Source of the DNA: Selaginella moellendorffii
Lineage: Eukaryota > Plantae > Lycopodiophyta
Reading direction: 5' to 3'
Assembly (NCBI RefSeq): GCF_000143415.4
Contig: NW_003314320.1
Span: 556,586 to 620,585 of the forward strand
DNA length: 64,000 nucleotides
Shown here: piece by piece, positions 1 to 11,412 of the stretch
Position numbering within the stretch: position 1 is the first letter of the stretch
How the letters are laid out: each line of letters opens with the position of its first letter
The notes under the pieces: generated by a model
The model's database searches: none
Seen by the model: the letters and a program-made list of their open reading frames with translations, nothing else
Told to the model about the DNA's origin: nothing
Made by a program: the position numbers and the translations under genes

Positions 1-3000
1 AATAAATGAGTCCGTTGCGTTCCGCATAGCCCGTTTTCTCTTCCGTTGGCAGCTCACCTCTCTGGTGAGCTTCCCGCGCCTCTAGATTCCTCAGCAACAC
101 TTCCTGTGCTAGACCATCATTCTCATATGCTGTCCGCACATCGTCCCAGAAGGTTGCTGTTGCGCTGGATATTGCCAACCTCAAGCTCACTTTTCGACTT
201 AGCGCATCCGCCACGATGTTGTTCTTCCCAGGCTTGTACAGAATTTCGCAATCAAACTCGGCCAAGGCATTGGCCCACCGACCTTGTTTCCCTCTTAGGT
301 CGAGCTGTGACAAGAAGTGTTTCGTTGCCACATTGTCCATGTAAACCTTAAAGTGTCTCCCAAGGTAGTGTCGCCACTCCTTGAGCGCCTTGACCACCGC
401 AAACAATTCCTTCTCGTGGGCAGGCCACTTCCGTTGAGCCTTGTTCAGCTTCTTCGAGAAGAACGCTACCGGATGGTTGTCTTGCTTCAAAACTGCGCCT
501 AACGCAAAGTCCGAAGCATCCGTTTCTACCTCAAAGTCCTTACCAAAGTCTGGTAATGCCAATACAGGAGCCTTCCTCAACTTCCCTTTGAGGTGGACGA
601 ATGCCGCCTCGCATTCCGCTGTCCACACCATCTTCCCTTTTCCTATTTGGTCCGTTAAGGGCAGGGCTACTCTCGAATAGTGTCTGATAAACTTTCGATA
701 GTAGTTGCATAGCCCCAGGAATGCCCTCAACTCATGTACATTGGATGGTCGCTCCCATTCCTGGATCGCTTGGACCTTCTCCGGGTCCACCTTGAGCCCG
801 TCCTGGCCCATCACATGCCCGAGAAACTTTACCTCTTGTTGAGCAAAGTCACATTTGCTCTCTTTAGCATACAGCTTGTGTTCCCTTAGTTTCTCAAACA
901 CCTTCGCCAAGTGTTCGACATGCTCCTCTAGCGTCTCGCTATAGATCAGGATGTCGTCGATATAGACGACCACGAAGTGATCCAGATAGGGTACAAAGAC
1001 GTGGTTCATTAGCGCCGAAAACGTTGCCGGCGCATTACATAGCCCGAAGGGCATCACCAGAAACTCAAAGCTTCCATACCTCGTTCGACAGGTTGTCTTC
1101 TCGACATCTTCCTCGGCTACCCTGATCTGGTAGTATCCTGACCTTAGGTCAATCCTCGAGAAGTATTTTGCCTTTCCCAACCTATCGAATAGGTCCTCAA
1201 TCCTTGGCAAAGGGTACTTGTTCTTCTTTGTATACTTGTTGAGCAAGCGGTAGTCTATGCACATGCGCATAGATCCATCTTTCTTTTTCACAAATAACAC
1301 CGGCGCCTTATACGGCGACTTGCTCAACCTAACATACCCTTTGTCCACCAACTCCTCTAGTTGGCACTTGAGCTCCTTGAGTTCTTTTTCGTTCAAACGA
1401 TAAGGGGGACGAACTACTGCCTCAGCACCCTCGACCAGCTCAATCTTATGTTCTATCGGTCGTGCTGGGGGTAGCTCTGCCGGTAGCTCCTCCGGCATGG
1501 TATCCTGGAATTGGTCCAACACCCGTTGGATCACTAAAGGTACTTCTTCCATTCCTGTCTTTTTGTCACTCTTCACCGAGAGTAAGCACAAAAAGGCCGC
1601 CTTAGTTCCTTTAGTGAGTTGTCCTCTCGTGGACACCAGGTTTAAGCAGGAATCTTTGGCCTTGCTTTGCCCTACCTTTAGATCTTGGGCCTCCACCCTA
1701 GATCTTCTTCCTTGGGCATTCGCCAGTACCACAAGGTTTCTACCTTGTCCATGCAGGGCTACCACGAATCGATTGAACCAGTCCATTCCGAAGATCACGT
1801 CAAATCCCGCCATGTCCAACACGGTGAAGTCCATGTCCACCTTCCAAGTCCCCACTTCGACTCTCGCTTGTCGAAGTACCTCATCGGTGCTTTGGCTACC
1901 TTGAACAAACTCTATAGTCCTTGGCTCGCCTAGCCGCTGCACCGTTAGTCCGGCTTGCCGGACTATATCTGCAGCCACAAAATTATCCGAAGCACCCGTG
2001 TCAATAAGGATTTTAACAAAGCTACCTCCGAGCTTCCCTCGGAGGGCTAGTAGATGTCGCGAACGATTCTCTACCAAAGTTGTTCGTGTAATAAGTAACT
2101 TTGAGTTAGGGACTGGATCACATACCTCTGTTTGGACTTCACCCGACTTGATGGCCATATTGGCTCTGGCCTTCTTCAGGTAGGGACATTTCCTCGAGAA
2201 GTGTCCCGCTTCACCGCAGTTGTAGCATACGTTGTTTCCCACGCTGCTATATGACTTGACCTTCTTATCCGTGGGTTTGTCTCTTTTCGCCTGACTCCCC
2301 CACGTACTCGCTCGCTGGCCACTGGATCTGCCTTTCCGGAACCCCGAGGGCTCATTCTTAGAGAAACTCTTCTTGAATTTCCCTCTGCTAAACGTTCCCC
2401 TTGGCTTGGCCCCTTTGCTAAATGTGGATCCCGACCCTGTCGTGTTCCCCTTTTGCAGGTTATCGTTGAAATGCACCTTGATGGCCGCATCCAACGCTTC
2501 TTTGTAGTTGGTCGGGTTCCACCACATTACTTCGCCGCGAGCCCAGGTTTGCAAACCTGATATGAAGGCATGGAACGCATCCATATCCCCCATGTCCGTG
2601 ACAAGTATCCTCTTTGCCATAAACCCATTCACATACTCTTGAATGGTTCCGGTCTGCTTCAGCCTACTCAGCTCGTCCCTTAGATGCAGAGTAGCATTCG
2701 GAGGAACGTAAGTTGCGCGAATCCTCGCCTTCATCATTTCCCAAGTGGCCACCGGTCCTTCGTTGGCCTCTGTCGTTCTCCACCAAGACTTGGCATTATC
2801 TGCCAAGTATGGTTTTGCACATGGGACCTTCTCCGAGCTTGGTAATCGCAATGCTCGGAAGTAGTCCTCCATATCGTAAAACCAATCCTCCACCACCTTA
2901 TAGTCATTCACTCCTTTGAAGACCGGTGGGGGCTTTGGTTTGTACTTGGGAACTGCCTGAGGGACTAATTCCACTTCGGTCTGTTCGACCTTGTCTGGTT

Positions 3001-3325
3001 TTGCCTCAGTCCCTGCCGAAGGGTCTGCACCTTCTGCGCTGCCAGCATCCGCAGTCTTTCGCTTTTTCTTCCGCTTCTCGTCACGCTTTAGCTTGCGTAC
3101 GAGAGTCCCTAGCAGGGCATTGGTCTGTGCCAATTGTCCTTCTAGAACATCCAATCGAGCCTTGGACGACCGAACCTCACCACCAGACTCCTGTTTGGAA
3201 GTTGTCTCACTGAAGTCCTCCTCATGCAAAGATTCCTCATCCATCGCCTCCTGTTCGACCGGAGGCTCCAGCTCTGGAGGAGGTTCTGTCTCTGCCTGGG
3301 TTCGCTTACGTCCTGCCCTTGCCAT
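1..3325 (-). mobile_element. Ty3/gypsy (chromovirus-like) LTR retrotransposon gag-pol ORF, truncated by the window edge
   Basis: The minus-strand frame from ATG 3325 ([10 protein letters not shown]...) contains gag ([12 protein letters not shown]), a zinc knuckle [15 protein letters not shown] (~2185-2230), protease [11 protein letters not shown] (~1980-2015), RT ([34 protein letters not shown] ~940-970) and RNase H ([13 protein letters not shown] ~500-535). It is probably absent from the ORF track because it has no stop before position 1. Confidence 0.95.
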
Positions 3326-3369
3326 CTCCCAGCAATCCGCCTCTATCCTTCGCTAGAACTGAGGAAGAC

Positions 3370-3381
3370 GCTCCGATACCA
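3370..3381 (-). promoter_or_regulatory. Primer-binding site complementary to initiator tRNA-Met
   Basis: Minus strand reads TGGTATCGGAGC (canonical TGGTATCAGAGC), 3 nt inside the LTR boundary and just upstream of the gag ATG. Confidence 0.9.
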
Positions 3382-3384
3382 AAT

Positions 3385-4533
3385 TTTAAGCCACAAATTT
3401 TTCCTTTCCAATTTGCCAGCTTACCTCGCCTATCCGACCAACTCTGCCTTGGCTCGCACTAAGTTCCCTCGCCAAGGTTCTCGCCTATGGTACCAGCTCC
3501 TACTTGGTTTCAGCTACTTACTGCACGAGCAACGGAGTGTTAGCCATCCATCTACGGATTCCCAAATCTCTCCCAATCCCCCTCCCCGGGTTAGACTGGA
3601 CTTAAGGTTCGGCTACACTCCCCGCAGGCACAAGCAGCCAAGCACACCAAGCCTCCAGATTCCTAACACCCCTTGGTACCACAAGACTTGATCATGGGAC
3701 CCTCTAAATCCCAAGCCTTGGGTGCAGCACTTGCTTTGGGACGTCGGGGCGAAACACCGTGGCCTAACGGCCCGGTATGGGTACCTCTACCCCCCCCTCT
3801 TCCATCCCGAAGGGAAGGCCCAAGCCCCCGGAAGGGCGAGGACCAAAGAGCCACAAGGTACTCAAGTGGGGCACCACTCCACCTGAGCCGGGAGCACCGC
3901 AGTCGGTTTCCCTTTTGGGAGTGGGAGCTGCTCTTGAGCACTTCCTTGGATGGCCCCTCCGGCACCAGCCAAGTCCATGCTCACTCCCACCCAAGGCCCC
4001 TCGGTCCCAGTCTCAACCTCAAGTCGGTTTGGAAGCCCAACTGGAGAGTCCCTTCAAAACTGGTTCCTGGACCTCACTATCCCTACTATACTTTTGGAAC
4101 CCCCTGCAGCCCCCCCCCCCTGGAAGACGCACGCTTTGGGCTTTCACCCCTTGACCCGTATTAGTATTTGGACATAGTCTCTGGCTCGATCTCGGACCCG
4201 ATTTCGGATCCGACTTCGGATTCGGTCTCGGACTCGATTTCGGACTCGATCTCGGACCCGATCTCGGACCCGACCTCGGACTCGACCTCGGACTCGGTCT
4301 CGGACCCAATTTCGGATCTCGGACTCCGTCTCGAACTCGGTCTCGAACTCGGACTCGAACTCGGTCCCCGAGTCGGTCTCGGACTCGATTCCGGACTCTA
4401 TCTCGAACTCGGTCCTAGAGTCGGTCTTGGACTCGATCCTCGACTTGGTCCCATCCGATGAACTCTTTGTCATTTCGGTCAAGCTTTTGGGGATCCTTTA
4501 GCCTACGACATCTCGGGGAGTCGGTTCCTTACA
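3385..4533 (-). mobile_element. 5' LTR (~1150 bp) of the young gypsy element
   Basis: Sense strand begins TGTAAGG (4533) and ends GGCTTAAA next to the PBS. It is similar to the TG..CA solo LTR at 26077-27602. Confidence 0.85.
4180..4445. repeat. Degenerate 6-bp-period tandem array (TCGGAC/TCGAAC/TCGATC/TCGGTC) inside the LTR
   Basis: Directly visible; it produces low-complexity ORFs (SDSI.., ETEFE.., RVRD..). Confidence 0.95.
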
Positions 4534-5566
4534 CCTAAACGTTATAACATAAAATGCCTCAACCATAAATACGGGACCATTATTTTAAAAAATCCATTTT
4601 GGATAATAATGTTAAAACATTACTCAATTGAGGAGGAAGTACCCAACAGTAGTTGCAAAGGTGCTAGCAAGAGCACTAACTTCCACCAAGTGAGTTAAGT
4701 AGTCAGAAGCAATAATAACATACTCATTGCCAACAATTGATCTTGAAGAAGGCCCCATAAAATCAAACGCCACTAACTCAAATGGATGGGAAATTGCAAT
4801 TGACTCCAATTGTCATTCCGCAGGGCGAGGGGGAATATTATGAGCTTGCCACCAAATATAACTATGCATATACTAGATAACATCACGTCACATCTTTGGC
4901 CAATAGAAAGACTTGTGTAACTTCTTAGTCACACAACAATGTATATATACCCACATAGAATAGGAGAATCATGATAGGTATATAGAAACTATGAAATAAA
5001 TATTGAAGGCACTATCAGCCGTAAATGATCATCAAGATCCATCTCACAAAATAAAGATAGTTGTCTTAAAGGTGATATTGAAATGTAAATGCCGGATTAA
5101 CAAGTCATTAGCAAGTGATACAAGATTCTCAAATCCATTTCGAAGTCTTTGAATTCATAACTCAATCTTTTGAGCCTTGCAGACCTCATTAAGAGAAAGT
5201 AAATTTTACTCTGCACTTTATGGACATTGAATATCAAGTACAACAATTGCTGACAGCACAAAATCCTCATTTAGAAAATCCATAGATGCTAGAACAACAA
5301 ACTTGTTAAAAACATGAGAAGAGAGTGAAAAAGGAAGAGAAACTCGAGAAAGAGCATTAGTATCAAACATAGAACTTCTTGGGCGATGAACAATATCAAA
5401 ATTATATATCTAAAGCTTCAAAACCCACTAAGTAGTAAGATCAATTAGGTTCTTCCACTTCAATAATGAGGTAATGGCAGCATGATCACCTTCTAGTAAC
5501 ATTTAACAACCATGTAGATATGCATGAAGTTTCTCAAAACCCCAGACTACTACTAAATACTATTTT

Positions 5567-6643
5567 TGTAATGTATGTGATCATGAGATGAGATTTGAAT
5601 ATATTGTTATCGTGGATCCTTGAAACTTTGAGGGATAAATGGGGATAAAATAGGCACTAAGGGCTCTCTCATCAAACAATTGCCCTCTTTTTAAATGGCT
5701 TAAGGGGAGAGAGATAAGATGCATTACATGTGGTGTTGGAGCAAATGGCATGGGTTCAATTTCCATTAATTAGTGGCTACTAAAAAAATATAATATACCC
5801 TTGAGCAAGATATATTCCTACCTTTAAATTTGAAATCGTATGTATTGGGCATCCATGCATATATCCTTCCTTTTGGTGAAGCATCCACAAACAAAGGTAT
5901 CCACCATAGGACTACAATACGGGTGGATGACTAGTTGCTTCACATGAAATAGCTGGTTTACACAATAAAAAGGGTAAATTCAGTGTGGAAATGAAGGTGT
6001 TAGTTCCCCTTAACTCGGTAGAGGTTCACTAGTTGCCTCACATGAAATAACTAATTTACACAATAAAAGGGGTAGATTTATTGTGGAAATGGAAGTGTTA
6101 ATTCCCCTTGGCTCGGTAGGGGTTGTTAATCAATAGTCAATGTTTGCTATAGGGTCCAACTTTGCTGTGGTGTATGCTTGCTTTTTTCTTTGTTCCCTCG
6201 AGGACGAGTTTAAGGCCACCTCTTCTAAATGGCCAATATATCTTAAGAGATATATTGATGATGGTGTTAGAATTTGGGATGGATCAAAAGAGAGCTTGGA
6301 ATGCTGGTTGGCTGGCTATGGAAGCCTCTACAATTCTATAAAGATTACCTTAGTAATCTCATTTGAATCTATGGATATTATTCAGTGCGGAAATGGAGGT
6401 GTTAGTTCCCCTTGGCTTGGTAGGGTTGTTAGTCAATAGTCAATGAGGATATTAACATCTCTAAAGGGGAAGGGGGGTGAGTGTAACGCATGTGATCATG
6501 GGATGAGATTTGGATATACTGTCATTGTGGATCCTTAAAACTTTGAGGGATAAATGGGGATAAAATAGCCACTAAAGACTCTCTCATCAAGCAATTGCCC
6601 TTTTTCCAGTTGGCTTAAAGGGATAAAGATAAGATCCACTACA
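5567..6643 (+). mobile_element. TRIM (non-autonomous miniature LTR retrotransposon) inserted in the RNase H of the old gypsy element
   Basis: Two 162-bp TG..CA LTRs (5567-5728, 6482-6643), degenerate iMet PBS TGGTGTTGGAGC (5731-5742), PPT AAAGGGGAAGGGGGG (6463-6477) and 5-bp TSD ATTTT/CTTTT. Removing it rejoins the host frame as NYSTT*KEYLVVVWGFEKLHAYL. Confidence 0.92.
6143..6380 (+). pseudogene. Fragment of a Penelope-like (PLE-type) reverse transcriptase core
   Basis: FAIGSNFAVVYACFFL..LE...IYLKRYIDDGVRIWDGSKESLECWL..YGSLYNSIKIT matches the PLE pattern AMGS.FA..YA.LF...LE...Y.RYIDD...IW.G..E.L........IK.T and not LTR-type RT. Confidence 0.75.
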
Positions 6644-8998
6644 CTTTTTATGTCGTGGAGTAGTTCGCCTCTGTTGGTTGTAATGTATGGTTTATATATG
6701 CAATCGGATGGCATTGACTAAGCACACTCAAGCTTTCTTGGATTAGCACACCTTCAAGACTAATATCAAAAACATCCATGTGCAAAATAAAAGGTTGAGT
6801 GTAGCTAAAATATGCCAAAATTAGAGGAGTTGTCAATACCTCTTTAAAATCCATGAACACCCATTTATAATCTGCAGACCAAATGAAAGATGACGTTGAT
6901 GGCTTTAGCAATTCTCGCAACGGTGCAGTGCGATCAGAAAGATGATCCACAAAATAACAGAGATACTGGACCTTGCCCAATAAGCATTGCACATCATTTA
7001 CATACTTCAAAGTATGGAACTTTACAACAACCACAAGTTTGTCAGGATCAACTTATAAACCCTCATGAGAAATACAATACCTAAGATAAGTTGTATCCTT
7101 GGACCCAAACACGCACTTCAACCACTTTAGCTTTAAACCAACATCCTGTAACCGATCTAACACTTTACAAACATCACAGATGTGTTCCTCCCACATCCCT
7201 TCCGAGTGGATCAAAACATCATCAATGAAGTCAGCAGTCGCCTCTGGCATATCACAAAGAACCTTGTCTACCATCTGCTGGAAAGTCATTGGAACATTGT
7301 TCAAACAAAATGGCATCACCAAGAACTTGTATAAACCAAATAGTATACAAAAAACTGTCTTAAGAATATCTTTTTCGGCTATTGATACTTGCCAATACCC
7401 AAAAGCAAGATCTAGCTTAATGAACCAATGACTTCTCCCTAGACAATATAAAAGATTAACAATGTTAGGAAGAGAGTGCACATCTAGGATCATCACTTTG
7501 TTTAATGGACGATAGTCAATGCAGAAATGAACTCTTTCATTAGGCTTTGTTGCAAGATGAGGCCCAAGGACTCCATAATTCTTGAATAACACCATTTTCC
7601 AATATTTTCTTGACATTTTCATGTAAAATCTTGATCTCTTTGGGTGATCGATGATGAATAGAAATATTGATTGGACAAGCAATCCAGGATTGGACCAATC
7701 AGTTCCTACTAGGGATATCTCTAATTGGAATTGGATGACATATGATAATCTTGGCTCTAGACGATAGGTCAAATTCAAAAAGATCAGCATACTTCTTCAT
7801 GAGTCGGTTAACTGCTACAACACAAAAACTATCAGAAGAGCAAAATAAGACAAAAATATAAGAGGAAGTAATGGGGAAACAAAAGTAATAGAAGCAAATG
7901 TAAAAATAAAGAGACAAAGAGGTACGAAAGTGAGGGGAATAGAGGCAATATAAAAAAGTATAAGACAATGGGGAGAAAACATCGACAATGCCGATAAGTG
8001 TGACTAATTTCATCACACGCCCAATAGCAAACATCACGGCTACGACCACATCCTCACCTTTGTCCTTGAACTTGAGTAGTAGTAGCATCAACCTCCATTA
8101 GAATAGAACCATCTCCCATAGGAAGTGGAGCTTAAAGATATACAACGAAAAGTGGAAGAGGTAACATTTCATAACATTGTGCCAAGTGAAGGGCATCATC
8201 AAGGGTGGCTAGAGCAAGTGCATGCACAAGTTTTACAAGATCTTGATGAAGTGTTAGCCACAACATTCCCAGCTTGATCCACTCTGACATATTTGGCTCC
8301 GCACAAAACAAGAGGTTTTGGAAACGAATGCTAAATTGCATCACCGACTTAGATAGTCTTTAACAAAGATAATGCAATTGTTATAAGGCATCATCACAAT
8401 CATTAGTATATCCAAATGCGCATTTGAAGACGTTCAGGAGAATACTCCAATCCCCACGAATAGCTACACTCAAACCATTATATAATTGCAGTATTGTCTT
8501 TTAGAAACATGTGGGAAACTTATGCAAATGTTAAGCATCATCTCAAGAATGATATGTGGCAATCACCATGAAGTGATCGAACTAATGGTACATATCATCC
8601 CCAGGATTCCCATTCCAACCAAATGCAAGGATTGGCACCAAGAGCAAAATAAGTTGTACTATATGCCATGAATGTTACCATCAATTGAGTTTGGTTGTTC
8701 AACTGCAATCACATAGTATCGAGCAATTGCACCAACTATTACTTTAGAGTTAAAAGAGGTAAAGATTGTTGCTCTACTATGAAGATGAATAAAAAGGAAA
8801 GAACAAAAGAAAAGAAATGAAAAAAGGTTATAAAGAAAGGAAAATCTAGACAATGTAAAAGCTAAATTTAAACTCAAATCCTGAAAGGAAAAAATAAAAG
8901 AAAGAAAATGGAAAAAACTAGATTTAAACAATGCAAAAATTAAATCTAAATCAAAATCCTAAATCCAAGCACTCCTCAAAGACAATCAAAAGTGCTCT

Positions 8999-9009
8999 CA
9001 TCTCCACCA
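8999..9009 (-). promoter_or_regulatory. Putative PBS complementary to the 3' end of tRNA-Ala
   Basis: Minus strand TGGTGGAGATG lies between the LTR-like tract and the gag remnant of the old element; plant tRNA-Ala ends ..CATCTCCACCA. Confidence 0.65.
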
Positions 9010-9160
9010 ATATGAATTCATAAAATGTGGAAAAAGCATATAGAAAATGTGCATATTAATTAGCCTAAAAACCATAGTTTATATACAATCCGGATTGAAA
9101 CTAATCTGATAGCTACCAAAATCCCATCATGTTAATATTAGTATATGGCATCATAGCCAT

Positions 9161-9398
9161 ATAATTTATAAACACAAGATTAATCTTATTGCATATCAAT
9201 CATTAGATGGTAGAATAAAAAAGAATATACTATAAAGTGTTTAAGAAAGTTTATAAATTATAAACATGTTTATAAATTATAAATACAAAATTAATCTAAA
9301 TGAATAATAAGTGTTAGATGGTAGAATATCCTAGAATATTTAAGCATATTCTAGATATATCCACTACCATCCCCTACAGATTTGCTTAAGCAAACCAA
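9161..9398. repeat. AT-rich ~230-bp direct repeat, copy 1 (copy 2 at 11201-11412)
   Basis: Colinear match ATAATTTATAAACACAAGATTAATCTTATTGCATATCAA...TCCACTACCAT...TTTGCTTAAGCAAACCAA. Confidence 0.9.
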
Positions 9399-9463
9399 AA
9401 AATCCAATAAAAATACCATATACAGAGACAAAATAATAATAGAAAAATAAAAATAAACGACAA

Positions 9464-9487
9464 CTGGTGTAGTGGTATCATAGTACC
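9464..9487 (+). pseudogene. 5'-half remnant of a tRNA-Gly(CCC)-like gene
   Basis: CTGGTGTAGTGGTATCATAGTACC matches the D-arm/A-box and 5' anticodon stem of plant tRNA-Gly(CCC) as I recall it. No anticodon loop or 3' half follows. Confidence 0.6.
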
Positions 9488-11200
9488 GTTAAATCAACTT
9501 AAGGAACAGCATTAATAATGTTTTTGTCCTTTATTGTTAAAACTTCATTTAGACTATAAAATGAAATCATAGTCCATTTCCATTTAACAACGAGTGTAAT
9601 AGACATAATAAAATTCTCTTCAAATATGAGATTAGTAAAGTTTTGTTCATTCATCCTTATTTTGGTATTAGGATTTACATGTTCTATAATCTTTACTATT
9701 GCTCAAACTTTTGACCATTGTTGGGACCCCGTAAATATGCAAAAGTCTATGATGTGTAAATTAGATTATTACAACTCAAAATATAATGAAAATAAGGTAA
9801 ATATTTTTAAGCAAATGAGAACGACTTCAAGGAGAAAACAAATCCAAATCCAATAATAGAAAGTGATGATTTCTCCATGGGTTATGAAACTTATCATGTA
9901 ATAATTTTTACTGGTGCAGCAAAATATACCACTACAGGTTGGGGTGGTTGGTATATGTGGTCCTTCAGAGGTTGTTTTGAATATGCTAAACATACTGTTG
10001 AATTTCATGAATGTTCATAAGTTCTTAATAAAATTTCTGGAAATGAATAGTAAATAATAGTATTCCAAGGCAGGAAGTTAGTTTTGGATTTAATTGTCAA
10101 GAGAAAAGTCACTCTCATGCTCCAATACAAATCAATCCATCCCAGCTGCGGGAAAACTCGACTCCTCTCAAGAGCTTGATGTTTTTGCCACTTACACTGC
10201 CGCATCGCTCAACACGATGCTGACAATCTTCACTGGGCAAGGATCATCCGTTGTAACCTCTCGGCCGAGTGGATCCATGGATTCCACATGTTGCGGTGCA
10301 CAGATTGACAGTTGCCGTCACTGTGAGGCTCGGGATCTCACCAGAGCCAGCCTCGGGTCGAGGGACTTTTGGACGACTAGAGAGTACAGATTAATTCCAC
10401 GACTGCCTTCTGGCGCTGTTCTTTAACTTCCGTGATTCTCCTGAGAAAGAAAACGTGAAGAGCGAGTTGGCTAAGTCATTGAGCAAACTTCTCTTTTCTA
10501 CGTACGAGAGAAACTTACTTGTAGAGGACGAGCTCTGAGCCGGAAGAACTCGACGACTTCTCAGCCACGGTGATTTTATCAACGGGAAGCTGCTGGATGT
10601 GCTGCTCGGGTGCTCCATTGGCAAGATGAGACCAAACGACAGTGAAGAGTTTTTGTCGTACTCCGTTTTTCCTTGCTTCTTTGGTTCAAAGCCTGCAAAT
10701 CCCTAGATTAAGACACTTCGATATTCGTTCGTCTGGCTCCCGAACTCTGTGTGTCATTGCTTCTCCTTTGACTTGGTATAATCCCCAGTGTGTCTGGATG
10801 CGATACTAGCTCTGCTACTGCCGCATCCAAAGAGCCTTCTAACCATCAAAAAGCTGTGTACTCATCCAAATCTGCTGCCCAGCAGAGTTTATGTATATTT
10901 GGGTTTGTTGTGCAAGTTAGGGTTTGGAGCAATAGCTTTTCTATGGCGTTAGCAAACAACTGTAAATTAACTTTTATATAGCACTGGATCAATAGATGAA
11001 TTGAAGTAGAAGATTTTTTTTTGCTCATTAAAGCTCCCAGTTTGTTGTAAGAGGTTCCCTTTCTCCAGAGGATGTTCAATCCCATGTTTAGAGAGGAAGA
11101 AACTGCCCTGACATGAAAGTTGAAAACACTTAACATGAAATGGAATGAATAATTTGCTATGCATTAGCGTTATTCCTACTTATTAATTATAAACATGTTT

Positions 11201-11412
11201 ATAATTTATAAACACAAGATTAATCTTATTGCATATCAACCATTAGATGGTAGAATAAAAACGAATATACTAAAAAGTGTTTAAGAAAGTTTATAAATTA
11301 TAAATATAAGATTAATATAAATAAATAACAGCCATTAGATGGAAGAATATCCTAAAATATCCAAATATATTCTAGGTATATCCACTACCATAGGTTTGCT
11401 TAAGCAAACCAA
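11201..11412. repeat. AT-rich direct repeat, copy 2
   Basis: Matches 9161-9398 and ends in the perfect palindrome GGTTTGCTTAAGCAAACC (11393-11410). Confidence 0.9.

Larger units (their letters stand above)
4534..9378 (-). mobile_element. Older, decayed Ty3/gypsy element (LTR remnant, gag, RT, RNase H, partial integrase)
   Basis: Minus-strand remnants with stops and frameshifts: integrase PFELVAFDFMGP...NNGPVF (4540-4800), RNase H HPIAY..EANYSTT, RT FCIDYRPLNK / LDLAFGYWQV / MPFCLNNVPMTFQ / FIDDVL (7053-7560), gag-like 8130-8700, PBS 8999-9009. The LTR-like tract 9011-~9378 ends in CA; its right boundary is uncertain. Confidence 0.85.

Noticed and set aside
4180-4445. Possible CRISPR-like or telomeric array
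   Set aside because: There are no unique spacers and the unit is not TTTAGGG; it is an LTR-internal minisatellite in a eukaryote.
4019-4482. Repetitive ORFs (RSSP, ETEFE, SDSI), also at 26854-27683
   Set aside because: They are translations of the 6/12-bp LTR arrays, which lack stops by composition.
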